64,000 nt of DNA from Octopus vulgaris (GCA_951406725.2 OX597815.1:189410001-189474000); one strand, 5' to 3'. Shown: positions 24,236 through 37,704, counted from the stretch's first letter. The notes: generated by a model from the letters alone, not told the origin. Program-made: numbers and translations.

Positions 24236-26069
24236 CTAAAATGAGAAAGAAAAGAAGACAAAAAGAAAAAAGGAAGAAATATTTTATCTACTATTAGACC
24301 CATTATTGTATCTTATATTTAAAGCACTTTAAGCAACATGACTCAGAAACGCCTATTGTCTATCATCCTGTTAGTGATCAAGATAATAAACAATAACAAT
24401 GATGCTGATGATGAATATGGTATTGTTATCACTACCTACCATTGTTTATTTGATACTGTATAAATTCTTTCTTTTATATTACAGTATGAGACTTCCAACT
24501 GAGGAGCATTTACCTCTGTCTTTATCTACTAAACTACTATGTTTGCCACTAAGTTTACAAACAAAAGCAAACAAACAAAGCAGGAAAATGTAAATATAAT
24601 TTTCTGAAAATTGTAGTATCAAATGACTGTGCTTTTTCTTTTTATTTTTATCTCATAAATGGAAAAGCATTGGTTTACAAAAGCTAATGCCAAGTACACA
24701 TTTATGCCTCTAGAAATGACAAATCTGGAAAATAGTATTAGCTACAGACTTAATTTTATCAAGACTGTATTTGATGGTTGTTAATGCTGGCCATTCAAAT
24801 ACAGTAAAAAGGAAAAAAAATATTCTTTCCCCCACTGAAAAAAAAAAAAGAAGAAATTGAAGCAACCTACCATTCTACCATTCTGCCATTACCAGAAACA
24901 GATTTGGACAGATCGAGTTCATCAGTCTATCATAACCATTCCAATAATCAGTGTTAATGTATCAGCTTGCGATATTTTTATTAATTTTATTTTCATGTTA
25001 TAAAAGTGTTAGTTTTGGGAGATCTTTCACCTAAACATTGAAAATTCATAAGATTTAATCTGTATCAGACGAAATACAGACAAAAAGAAAGCCAGAGAAA
25101 ATTCAATCTATGGAGAATATATATATATATAAATATACATTTTTTTAATGATATAAATCTACAGTAAACCAAGAAAATGGTCCTACAGGAAATATTTCAG
25201 CAGATAATCTTATATAGTTTATTTTTATGCATACATACATCCACGTGCACATAAATGCATATATATGTATGTGTGTATGTATGTGTGTGTATGTGTGTGT
25301 GTGTGTTGGTACATATGCATATAAGTGTATGCCAGTGGTGTGAGTGCTTGTATGTGTGTATCTGTGTGAATCTGTGTGCTTGTAAACACGAAGTAGCTGA
25401 AGATAATAAAACGTTAAGGTGGAAGAAGAGACGAAGCATAACCTTAAACTTAATGTCTTTCATTATGAAAGAGAACACATTTAATCATAAAAGCATTTTT
25501 CTTTCTCAAACACAAAAGCAAAAAAAGAAAAAAAAAGAGAAAGAAAAGAGAAAAAAAAGAAGAAAAAATCTAATCAATAATGTAGATGTATCTGGAATAC
25601 AATGTGAAGGAAATGCTTTAACATTGTGTCTAGAAGATTAATATGAGTTCTATAATATCTATTTTAGAACTTAACAGCAGTTTATTTTTCCTTGCTCTTT
25701 GTGTGTGCACATATTTATTTATGTATTTTTGTTCTCATCATATAGTGCCCAGGGAGAAGATGGGATTAGATAACTGTGTTCCGATGAATTATGCTGAGCT
25801 GAGATAACACAGTCATGAGAATAATAGTACGGAATTTCTTAATTACACATCTTTCATGGCCGGAGGGTAAAATAAAACATTAACATGTTGAAGTGCACAG
25901 AAGTCCCTCAGAATTACAAGCAGCAGAACAGAATATCTTTAGAATTTATCAATTACAGATGGCAAAAAAGGTTACCACAACAGCCTCTAGTTAGCTATTA
26001 TGAATAAGGGACAGATTAATAAAAATGTTGCTGTATTTAAATACCATGATTTAATATATTACATATGTT

Positions 26070-26832
26070 TATACATTTTCAGTAGTCAAAGTATGTGATG
26101 GGATTGTTAAGCCAAGGCTTGTGTTTGATAACGCAACAGTAACATTCATTCCAAGCTGGACAGGCAGATGAACAAAAGGATTATTTCTAAGAGGGCCTTT
26201 TTGCAGATTACCTGGATGAATAATGTCAATGGCCTTATTTTCATGGCTGGTGATTTCCACAAATATGTCAGACAACTCTCTAATGGATCTCATGGTGTAC
26301 ATGAGGGTTACAGCGTTGGTTCTAGAAATGAGGGGAGAGCAAGGTTGTTGGAGTTCTATGGACTGAGTCAAGAAGATAACAAAATGTGTTGCAGTTCAAT
26401 TAATTAGGAAGAAAGTTAACCCTTGATGGGATACTGTTTGGTTTTGTGCTGGAGAGTTCTATTCACGCTCTCTTTATTGTTATCACTTTCAACCATTGTT
26501 TATTTGATATTGTATAATTCTTCCTTCTATATATAGTATGAAGCTTCCAGCTGGAGAGCATTTGTTTTCTTCTGTCTTTACCTTGAGACAAAAATAAACA
26601 CCTGTCCTTGGTATTCATTAGCCTGAAGAAAGCCTTTGAAGGGTCTTTCTCCTTGATCTGGTCATCACAATGGAAGTTAAGAGTGGACAAATGGCTGACA
26701 AGATCCATCCAAATCATATACCTGTGTGTTATTAGTAAGATGAAAGTTAGCAACCAGTACAGTAATAAATTTAATGTACAGGTCAGAATTCACCAGGGAT
26801 CAGTTCTCAGTCACCTCCAATTCATCTTAGCC
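26070..26832 (+). pseudogene. Old RTE LINE fragments (endonuclease and RT)
   Basis: AGDFHKYV...GVHEGYSVGSRNEG..LLEF and LKKAFE...HQGSVLS. Confidence 0.8.
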
Positions 26833-26999
26833 TAAAACCTGGCTCCTGTTGCTCTCTAGAAACAGCAGAGCCCATGGAATGACTTTGTATGGACTTCAAG
26901 GCAGTTTTGCCTTCTGTTTCACATAATTCATTTTTATTTACGATAGTTGATTAATACATCCATCTTTTGCTTTTCCACACCACAACTTGCATACAACAA

Positions 27000-27650
27000 C
27001 AGTAATTAGATGTCTGAAACGTTTGTTTAGCTTATGCTGAATGCCAAATTATATACATTGTAATCAAGGTACAACCTTCATGTCTAATGTTTCCAGACAT
27101 CCAGTTCCAAATTCCAACATCATTTCCTCAAAGATCAGGAAAAATTGAAGGTGATGAGAGCACACTCCTAGTTAGTATCAGCCTTTATAAAAATGTTCCA
27201 CTGAATCTGTAACTAATTGTGACCTTGATTTCATTCATGTTAGTGCTGACCAGGTTATGAAATGCAGAATACTGTCAAAGCCCTTTTCTGTACCAAGAAA
27301 TGTGAACAACAGTTATTTGGTTTTGCTAAGAAATTTTTCTGGAAGTTTCAACACGATAAAAATGACAACTGTGTTTCCTCATCTTATTAAAAGCTGATTT
27401 AATCTGTACTCGGTTTAGCATCATCATCTGTTCCTTGGAAGCCTTTGGTATGGTCAACTCCATTGCAAGCATTTGATTCAGGTTTTCAGTTTGAGGATGT
27501 TTTCTTGCCTTCCAAAAACTCAAATATGCTGTTGTCAGGAAAGGTAGTTTGGTTGGTGTGATGTGGAGCTGATCAATGGAGATATATTTTATTGGCTGTG
27601 TAAATAATAATTCAAGCAAACCCACAATTATTTAACTGAAATATTTATTG
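27000..27650 (-). pseudogene. Possible decayed non-LTR RT fragment
   Basis: Weak, frameshifted remnants resembling GxDxIP and KAFD motifs. Confidence 0.35.
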
Positions 27651-27837
27651 CTGGATATAAAGATATTGGATATTGGTTATTTACAATGAACAACATAAAT
27701 ATTTGCCATCTGTGAAACAGCTAGATTGCTCTGAAATAATGGAAAGCTATCTGTGTGGCAACATGCAATCAGCCCCAAAATATATGCAGTCAGTTGCGCA
27801 AATTTCCATGACAACAGAGGTCCTTGGCTGTCTGCCC

Positions 27838-28100
27838 TCATTGTTCGACCGTGGTTGAGACAATGGAATTTACTATGTTGCCCCAGACTTCACGGTCCAT
27901 CATAGCATTACGGTGGTCCTGTTGCTTGATGCCTGTATCCCTGGAGATTACATCAGGGTAGGAGAGTGTGCACCCTCTGGTATCGCGAGCAGATGGCTTC
28001 CAGAGGAGAAGAGTAGAAATTACCTCGTTTTCAGCTCTACAACAATGTCCAGCAAACTGGACTCTTCTACCTTTCACAAGAGATGATACAGGTGGTAATG
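27838..28100 (-). mobile_element. LINE (second RTE-like family) 3' end
   Basis: RRVQFAGHCCRAENE...DREVW, near-identical to 30060-30320. Confidence 0.85.
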
Positions 28101-28651
28101 TATAAATGTCATGAACCATCTGATGGTAAGAATGGAGGTGCACATCACTCAGCCACCTTCAACATTCTGCAATTAATCAAGAGACAAAACGGTCTTTTAT
28201 AAGAGACAAGGAGAACATTCAAGAAAACCATGTCATGCTATAGCCTTATGCTGATTGGTCAACTAATACACCAATCACGTGAAACTGTCATGGTTCACTC
28301 ATGACGTCTGACTGGTTATCTAGCAGCAGAGGTTTTGAATCACTACTACACTGTAAAGAATCATGGGTACCACCGTTCCTCCTGACCAAGCAATAAAACA
28401 AAAACAACTGTATCATGTCCTGACTGAAATTGCACTAACTTTGCTATCGCTTTCACAGCTAGTTTTAAAACTTGGTCTTTTGAATTGTGGCTCCAATAGA
28501 ATTTTTAAACCTCCATAGTTCCTATGAGCTTGTAGTAGTTTCCAATGACATTAGTATATCAGTCATTAGAGACAATACCTTTGTGCAAAATTTGATTCGC
28601 TAGACATTAAGCTAGCAGAGCACCTGTACATCCTGATGATTTCAGCATTCC

Positions 28652-28738
28652 ACCAACCAACCAACCAACAAACCAACCAACCAACCAGCCAACCGACCGA
28701 CCAACCGACCGACCGACCGACCGACCAACCAACTAACC
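28652..28738. repeat. (CCAA)n/(CCGA)n microsatellite
   Basis: Direct reading. Confidence 0.95.
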
Positions 28739-28869
28739 GTCATCAATGAAAAGATGTCTTTTGTTGTTGTCATCCTTAAATATCAAACTAAGCATGCAAA
28801 GCACTTTTCTTCCTTTTTTTCTTGAGAATGGAAATTGGTCTGAATAAAGGACCGAGTCTGTGGTCATTC

Positions 28870-29268
28870 TTATTTCTGTATTGCCCACAAGGGGCTAAAC
28901 TTAGAGGGAACAAACAAGGACAGACAAAGGATTAAGTCGATTACATCAACCCCAGTGCGTAAATGGAACTTAATTTATCGACTCCAAAAGGATGAAAGGT
29001 AAAGTCAACCTCGACAGAATTTGAACTCAGGACATAACAGCAGACGAAATACCTATTTCTTTTACTACCCACAAGTGGTTAAACACAGAGAGAACAAACA
29101 GATTAAGTCGATTACATAGACCCCAGTGCATAACTGGTACTTAATTTATCGACCCTGAAAGGATGAAAGGCAAAGTCGACCTTGGTTGAATTTGAACTCA
29201 GAACGTAACGGCAGACAAAATTCCGCTAAGCATTTTGCCCAGCATGCTAATGTTTCTGCCAGCTCGCC
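28870..29268 (-). mobile_element. SINE family 3 with a duplicated internal unit
   Basis: Reverse-complement homology to 8635-9035. Confidence 0.85.
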
Positions 29269-29299
29269 GTCCATGTTCATTCTAAGACCCTCAGTGACC

Positions 29300-30930
29300 A
29301 GCAAGATCAATGCATTTAGTGTCCCTCTTGAACAGTTGCAAGAAAAATATGCAAAGAGGAAATTCCAAGGGATTGAACTATGGGCAAAAATGACTTGGCA
29401 TAGAGATTGGTTCATAGCCTGAAGTTGTGAAGACAATATGGGTAACAAGTAAAATGGGATTGTGGGAGTAGAACTGGAGCAAAATCTGTCATGTTTGAGA
29501 AGGAGAGACTTTATTGGTAGAGGTAGAAAAGCACAGATATAAGGCAGCACATCTGTGAAACAGCTGTTGTGGGGAATTTATAAGTAGCTTCTTGCCATTT
29601 AGTCAGGTAGATTTTCTTTGGATGTGGTCTAGGATATTTCTTTGCAAAAGAGGAGTTTAAAATGTGAGAGCAATACTCCATTGTGGGTCTTACCTGAGCT
29701 TAGAAAAGAATTAGTGGTTGTTGGGAAATAAAGTATTTTCAGGGCGCACTGTGTTTGTGGTGCAGTCTTTGATATGTTGGGTATGAGTGTTCACCAGGGG
29801 AGAGAGAACCTCATTAATTATGAGGTCTAGTATTTGTAATGATCTTAAGAGTTCATGTTTAGGATGGTAAGTGTGGTCTGTTGTTTTCTAATTATACACA
29901 GCAATTATGTTGCTGTGTTGATCTAGGAGATAAAATCAGCATGACATCATTGGAGGATGTTTTTTTTTGAAGACCCTGCTCATGGAGACAGTGTGTGTTT
30001 GGTATGAAGTATCTAGGCTGCATGTAGATAGTACTTGAATGCAAAAGGTTAGATCATCATCATTGTTTGACCGTGGTCGAGACAATGGAATTTACTATGT
30101 TACGCCAGACTTGACGTTCCATCATAGCATTATGGAGGTCTTGTTGCTTGATACCTGTATCCCTGGAGATTACATCAGGGTTGGAGAGTGTGCACCCTCT
30201 GGTATCGCGAGCAGATGGCTTCCAGAGGAGACGAGTAGAAATTACCTCGTTTTCAGCTATACAACAATGTCCAGCAAACTGGACTCTTCTAGCTTTCACA
30301 AGAGATGATACAGGTGGTAGTTTCCCATAAATTTGTACTTTGGTTGGATGACGCTTCCATGAGAGATTTTGAGCTCTCATAAAGAGGTGAGTGTAAGTTC
30401 CATCCAACCGTCTCTCAAGCTTCTTTGATAACATCCAGGTTTCTGAGCTATATAGTAGAATTGGTTCGACTGTGGCTTTGAAGATTTTAAGTTTGAAATC
30501 TCTACTTAGATTTGATGACCAGATCTTATGCATGTCATTACAGGCTAACCAGGCCATACCCTTTCTAGCTAAAGAAAATCTTTTTCAGATGATGATATGT
30601 ATGACCCAAGATATTTGTATTCAGAAACCATATTTAAGAGCGTATTGTTGAGAGTATTGATGATGAAATCACTGTTAGAGGGAGATGAAGAGTAGTACCA
30701 TTTGTGTAAAACTGAGGTTTGTAAGATGTGATGTCATGTTAAATCTATAACATTTGTAGTCTTTATTCATTGATATGTTAGAAATAGATAAGAAGTCGTC
30801 TTTGTATATCTTGGGAAAGAAGCACATATTAGATAATGTGGTCATGAACTTGCTGTGCTTGGATAAATGATGGATGGTCAAGTCAGTACTCAATTGATCA
30901 CAGATCTGTTCAGTCGGGACAAACATGGGA
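29300..30930 (-). pseudogene. Possible decayed Penelope-like element, interrupted by the LINE at 30058-30680
   Basis: KIYKDDFL at about 30790-30815 and a YLHA remnant near 30015-30035. Confidence 0.35.
30058..30680 (-). mobile_element. LINE (second RTE-like family), 5'-truncated
   Basis: YKYLGS, then ORF 30060-30557 with KLKIFKATVEPILLYSSETW...FAGHC. Confidence 0.9.
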
Positions 30931-32293
30931 TTAAACCAGAGCTTCTCATAATTCGATTCTATTTCTCATTTTTCTGTTTACTGATGCTGAGAAGGAAAAT
31001 ACCCCTGAGTCATTTCAGACATTTCTCCCAATAACAATTCAATTCATATCATTAATCAAACTTTAATTACTCTATCAATTATTGTAGCTACTTCAATTAA
31101 TACATCTGTTCGCTTGTCTTAAGAGCATAGTTACATGAATACATCTGAATCATTGCCCTCCCAAATATGCTTCTAGTTATATCTCTTGTCTGAGAAGATT
31201 CTGGCTCAAACACATTTTAGTTTCATTTCATGCAAACAATGTACATAAACTTTAGCATTTCAACATATGTCACCAGACTTATCTTCCGATGTTCTTACAT
31301 TGACAACATTAAGATGTGAAAAGGAAAAATTGTTGCTATTGATGGTGGTGGGATATGTTATGCTTTATTATCCACCTTTGACAGAGTGGATTAAATATAT
31401 TTATCATGCCATCAATATTTGAATGCTTTATAGAACTATTCTACATCAGTTTTAATTTGGAGCAGCTATTTTCCTAGACGGCTTACCTGAAAATATATAA
31501 TCCGGTTTTTCCAGTTCATTAGGTCAGCAACAATACGGACTTACTATCTACAGAGGTCATTTTTACTATAACTAAAGAAGCCAGAGGTCTTTTATTCATA
31601 TAATTGTATTATAAACGTTAGGCTGGGGGAAATGAGAAGAAGGAGCTAGCAAGAGGGATCGGTCTTTTCAAAGTTTTTCAGTGAAAGAGGAGATTGATGG
31701 AGACAAGGGTGGTTTCTTCAAAGAAGGAGAGGAAAGAGTAAAATATGTATGAAGAGAGTAGGAGGAAGCAACGAAGATACAATAATTGAAAGTTGTGATT
31801 ACTAATTAGATTATCAAAACAGTTAATTAAACAATGCATATTTCTACATTAAAGTTTTGCTACTCACAAAATACTTTAGGTTCTTGAGAACATATGCCTC
31901 ATACTTCTGGCTTTAAGTTGTTTCGTCATTTCCTTGCTATTCAATTTCTTTCGTCATCCTTGCTCATCACTTTTGTCTTTAGCCATGTTTCTCTCAGTTT
32001 GTCACATCTTCCAATGAAACATCAGTCGAAGGTTTGCTCCGTAAGACACACTTCATGGCCCATCTATTTCCATTTTGAAAATTTCACACAAATATTCACA
32101 TTCTCTAACCTAACCACTTCCCTTGTGGAAGCCTTTATTGTGTGATACTTCCAGCTAATTTCCTACATTCTTTTCAAAGTCTTACTTTAAAAACCCAGAA
32201 TGTTTGTATCAGTAGATATTGGATTATATCAAGATGAATGTCTATAGGTTAAAATGGTTCATACAAGAGGAATATATAAATGCACACACACAC

Positions 32294-32410
<117 letters not shown>

Positions 32411-32987
32411 GTTATATATATATATATCGTGTGTTTCAAAAGGGGTGAAAAACAGAAGACAGTTAAAAGGGTTTACACACAAAAGCCCTCTTAATGTCTT
32501 CCTTCAAGCCTCTGTTACTCTGTGTTTAAAAAAAATGTAAATGTTTTAGATTTTTCATAATTATAATTTTGTTTCAAATGCACACATGTATGTATATGTA
32601 TATATATGTATATAAACATATATTCAATAATGAATTAAATACAGCACATTATAATTTGTGACTCCTGTCCATGACTTTCAGGTGTTTTAACACCCACCAT
32701 TATGAGGGAGTAACCCTCCAATTGCTATATTGTAATGATACAGCGAACAAACAAAGCACATGCGTTGTGTATGTGTGGTCGATAATACACACACACACAC
32801 GCACACACATGTACACACATATATATATTATACTTCTGCATTCTCTGATGGAATTAATTTACAAACATTATGGACCATCAACCCCCCAGAAACAACTGTT
32901 GAATTTGTAACACCGTTCTTCCACCCTTTAATTTTCTATATCATTTGTGTTCTGTGTAACTTGAACCTTTTTATATGTTTACATATC

Positions 32988-33018
<31 letters not shown>

Positions 33019-33229
33019 TTTGTATTTTATGTATTTAATATACTTTATATGTTGCTAGTTAGATAGTTTGAATGAACGAGGCAATTAAAAATAAAAGAAA
33101 TTCTTAGCTTAGCTACACACAAGACAGAAAATATATATATATATATATATATATATTAATATATATATGTATATATATATATGTATATATACATATACAT
33201 ATATATATACACACACACACATACACTTA

Positions 33230-33885
33230 ATATCTAGAATATTTTGTAACTGTGTTAATAATTGTCCAGCAAGGTTTTCTAACTCATAGCTTTTTATTTT
33301 CCACAGTAAAAAGAGAAAAAAAAAAGCAAAAACCTCTCCAATGCCATATCTTCGTATCAAGTATGCATTCTTCATTCATTTTGAAGACTTGTTGTTAAAA
33401 TTCTTTTATATCTTACATGATATTATTTATTTCAACGTCTTACAAATAGTTGGTCCTCCATAAGTGAAATCATTTTCCAGCTGACAAATAAATGTCACGG
33501 GCCATGATTTTGGAGAACATCAGTTCTTGAGTTTTGCTTGATACTTCTCTGTTAATCACAGAATTCATTCCCCATTCCCCGCCCCGTTCAAGTTGGCATA
33601 TTCTTCTATTTTGGTTTATTGATTTTATTGGAAGATTTTTCGCTTTGATTCCGTATGCTTTCCTAATCTAAGACATTTTGGACATATGTCGATGCTTGTT
33701 CATTTTATTATGTGTCTTGGTGAGCAATAATGTCATCGGATAGGTTTCCGACAGTTTGATTGTTGGTTCATTGCTTCTCTGATATCAAGGGTGTCAAGGG
33801 AGTATCTGTTTACACAGTGCAGAACTGATATCTCATGGGACTGTTTGCATCTTTCACTGATATATGCTTGCGAAAGACGTCTACT
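33230..33885 (-). pseudogene. Possible very old non-LTR RT fragment
   Basis: Frameshifted Y-x-DDIIA near 33725-33745 and RRYGIGE near 33335-33355. Confidence 0.3.
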
Positions 33886-34189
33886 AACGAGTATAAATAA
33901 ATGCACACACATACACAACACAGACACACAGACACATAAACATACTCGCACACAACCATATACTCTCTTTTACTCTTTATTTGTTTCAGTCATTTGACTG
34001 CGGCCATGCTGGAGCACCGCCTTTTAGTCGAGCAAATTGACCCCAGGACTTATTCTTTGTAAGCCTAGTACTTATTCTATCAGTCTCTTTTGCCAAACCA
34101 CTAAGTTACGGGGATGCATAAAAGAAGCTGTCATATATATGTACATATATATGTGTGTGTGTGTTTGTCTGTGTTTGTCCACCCCCAAC

Positions 34190-34343
34190 AATAATTATGA
34201 ACTTTTTCTTTTATTACACTTAACTTTTAAAAATATATATTTTTGATAAGGTTCGTTTTTTCAAGAAGAAACGAAAGATGTAAAATCTCTCAGAAAGTTA
34301 AAATCTATCTTGTATAGTGGCATTTTCAAACTTCTTTTTTATA
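34190..34343 (+). mobile_element. Hammerhead-like element (core TTGATAA)
   Basis: TTGATAA at 34243-34249, imperfect stem II, GAAA at 34273-34276, GATG-TA-AAAT. Its 3' tail recurs at about 49870-49940. Confidence 0.5.
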
Positions 34344-34360
34344 AATATATATATATATAT

Positions 34361-34402
<42 letters not shown>

Positions 34403-34440
34403 ATATATATATATATATGTGTATATATATATATATATAT

Positions 34441-34657
34441 GTGTACTTCGTAAACACCAGTCGCGTTTTTTTTCCCTCTTTCGCCCACATCGGGATCTTC
34501 TTTCTTCTTTCTTCCTTCTCTTATGTTTCCGACGAAGAGCTCCGCTCGAAACGTCATACCCTCCTTCTTCCATTTTCCTGAGCGCCTAATAATAATAATA
34601 CTGTAATTGTTCCACGTGTTGTTGTTTTTTTCTGTTTTCCCGTTTGGATTAACCTTA
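34441..34657 (+). mobile_element. Hammerhead-like element family A, longest clean copy
   Basis: Core CCGACGA at 34529-34535, flanked by (TA)n on both sides. Confidence 0.7.
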
Positions 34658-34670
34658 TATATATATATAT

Positions 34671-35943
34671 AGCCATGCTACATGTACGAACAGCCATGCT
34701 ACATGGCAGCGAAACATGTACGAACAGCCATGCTACATGGCAGCGAAACACGGGCCGTGACTGCTGAGGACATGCGTAAGCTCGTGAGGAATGAAGCCAG
34801 TATGCTCCGATGGATGTGTAATGTCAGTGTACATACTCGACAGAGCGTTAGCACCTTGAGAGAAATGTTGTACCTAAGAAGCATCAGTTGTGGTGTGCAA
34901 GAGAGACGATTGCGCTGGTATGGTCATGTGGCGAGAATGGATGAAGATAGGTGTGTGAGAAAGTGCCAATCCCTAGCAGTTGAGGGAACCTGTGGAAGAG
35001 GTAGACCCAGGAAAACCTGGGACGAGGTGGTGAAGCACGACCTTCGAACTTTAGGCCTCACTGAGGAAATGACCAGAGACCGAGACCTTTGGAAATATTC
35101 TGTACGTGAGAAGACCAGGCAGGACAAGTGAGCCCAGCCCACTTATGAATGCCTTTCCTCCCTTGGACACAAAGACCGGTTGAGGCAAGCGAAGTCGATA
35201 TAGAACCTCATCCGACGACAGACACCCATGCCAACCCCCCATGCTTGCGAAGACATGTTGGGGCAAGCGAAATCGAAACCGAATTGAACCAGCCAGGATC
35301 CCTGGCCTGGTGGTACGTAAAAAGCACTATCCGACTCGTGGCCGTGGCACGTAAAATACTCCAATGCGACCGTACGACAGGCACCCATGCCAACCCCCTT
35401 TGCTTGTGAAGACATGTTGGGGCAAGCGAAATCGAAATCGAATTGAACCAGCCAGGATCCCTGGTCTGATGGTACGTAAAAAGCACTATCCGACTCGTGG
35501 CCGTGGCACGTAAAATACTCCAATGCGACCGTACGACAGGCACCCTTGCCAACCCCCTTTGCTTGTGAAGACATGTTGGGGCAAGCGAAATCGAAATCGA
35601 ATTGAACCAGCCAGGATCCCTGGTCTGGTGGTACGTAAAAAGCACTATCCGACTCGTGGCCGATGCCAGCACCGCCTCGACTGGCTTCCGTGCCGGTGGC
35701 ACATAAAATACACCAATCTGACCGTGGCCGTTGCCAGCCCCGCCTGGCACCTGTGCAGGTGGCACGTAAAAAGCACCCACTACACTCACGGAGTGGTTGG
35801 CGTTAGGAAGGGCATCCAGCTGTAGAAACATGGCCAAATTAGACTGGAGCCTGGTGCAGCCTTCTGGCTTCCCAGAACCCCGGTCGAACCGTCCAACCCA
35901 TGCTAGCATGGAGAACGGACGTTAAACGGCGATGATGATGATG
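34671..35943 (+). mobile_element. RTE LINE, 5'-truncated (ORF C-terminus, long 3' UTR, (GAT)n tail)
   Basis: MLHGSET...RRLRWYGHVARM...GRGRPRKTW. Stop at 35131. About 159-bp unit repeated about 2.8 times in the UTR. Confidence 0.95.
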
Positions 35944-35944
35944 A

Positions 35945-36160
35945 AAAAACAAGTCAAGATAGAAAATGCTAAAATAATTTTATAAAGAACATTTCAGTAC
36001 CGGTTTCGGTCATTTGAGACCTTTTCAACTGTAATGATTAAAAAATTTAATTTAGAAAAATTAAAAGAAAAGTTTTTTTAAAAGAATATTTGTATAGTGT
36101 TCAAATATAAGTGGCATTTTCCTTGTTTCTGCCTTTCTCTGTCTCTCTTGTTTACTCTTT
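35945..36160 (-). mobile_element. Hammerhead-like element (core TTGAAAA)
   Basis: Minus strand CAG-TTGAAAA-GGTC-tcaaat-GACC-GAAA-CCGG-TA-CTG at 35995-36031. Confidence 0.7.
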
Positions 36161-36333
36161 ATATATATATACATATAAGGTAAGTTAAAATTCAATAGGG
36201 TATCTAATACCACTTACTAAAATCAGAGCCAATGCTCCAAAAACAACCATAAAACTCACAATAGAGATACACACAAGCAATGCAATTTACATATGAGAAA
36301 TAGGATTATCTTTGCATTGAATGAATAAATATC

Positions 36334-36525
36334 GGGTGGCTGTGTGGTAAGTAGCTTGTTTACCAACCACATGGTTCTGGGTTCAGTCCCACTGCATGGC
36401 ACCTTGGGCAAGTGTCTTCTACTATAGCCTCGGGCCGATCAAAGCCTTGTGAGTGGATTTGGCAGATGGAAACTGCAAAGAAGCCTGTCATATATATGTA
36501 TATATTTATGTGTGTGTGTGTTTTG
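36334..36525 (+). mobile_element. SINE family 1, 5' part
   Basis: Homology to 1531-1740. Confidence 0.85.
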
Positions 36526-36529
36526 TGTC

Positions 36530-36910
36530 CAAGTTTGTGCCAAAACCATTTTCAGCTGACCAAAAAAGATACTTGGGTTTCAGTTGCACAAGATTTCCTT
36601 GACTGTGTCAAGAATGATGAAAAATTTTGAAAACTTTGCATAGGCCTCTGAGCAGGTATTGCCAAGCTTCTGGCAGAGTTTGATGTAGATTCTCTGCTCA
36701 ACTTCCTCTGTTATGGTTAATGCGACAATCAGATACTACACATTTTCCTTCCAAGTACTGCTGAAAACAGCAGAAGTGAGCTGGAATGTTAAAACTTAGT
36801 TCACATACACAACAGAGTTCAAGGTTAATCTGTGCCACGCTGCCTTACTCTATGTGGTTTAGTGTCATTACTATGGTAATGGTCTAGATTCTTATTGATC
36901 AGACAGCGTA
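36530..36910 (-). mobile_element. Mariner 5' end relic
   Basis: TA plus TIR-like CGCTGTCTGATCAATAAG, and EQRIYIKLCQKLGNTCSEAYAK. Confidence 0.7.
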
Positions 36911-36958
36911 CACATAAATACATATATCAAATAAACAGACTACATATACATTTATATA

Positions 36959-37259
36959 TCATCATCATCATCATCGTTTAACGTCCGTTTTCTGTGCTAG
37001 CACGGGTTGGACGGTTCGACCGGGGTCTGGGAAGCCAGGAGGCTGCACCAGGCTCCAGTTTGATCTGGCAGTGTTTCTACAGCTGGATGCCCTTCCTAAC
37101 GCCAACCACTCCGCAAGTGTAGTGGGTGCTTTTTACGTGCCACCAGCACAGGTGCCAGGGGAGTCTGGCAGCGGCCCCGATGGGTTGGTGCTTTTAACGT
37201 GCCACCAGCACGGAAGGCAGTCAAGGTGGTACTGGCATCGGCCACGTTCGGATGGTGCC

Positions 37260-37260
<1 letters not shown>
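36959..37260 (-). mobile_element. RTE LINE 3' UTR fragment
   Basis: (CAT)n tail and homology to other copies. Confidence 0.85.
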
Positions 37261-37290
<30 letters not shown>

Positions 37291-37704
37291 GATAGATAGA
37301 TAGATATAAGAAGTTTGCTCCACAGCTTAGTAGGTAGGGTTATTGTCCTGTACTATAGTGTCAATCTGACCATTTCCTGATTAGTAAAATTAGTAGCTGG
37401 AAACTGTGTAACCCATTTGTGCATGAACACAAGTGCACACACATATATACATACATAGAGACAGACAGACAGACACAGACTGGTAGATAATGTGTGTGTG
37501 TACGTGAAGGTTTGTGTGGGTGTGGGTGCAAAACCTCTCAAGTACATACAGGAGTAGCTGCCGCGTACAATTTTCAAATTTAAATAAAACTATTGTTGCA
37601 TATCTTCCAGACAGAAATAATTTCAAAAAGAAATTTTGATTTTAAAAAAATATTTTCTAATTCAATTTATATATATATATATACATACATATATATATAT
37701 ACAC

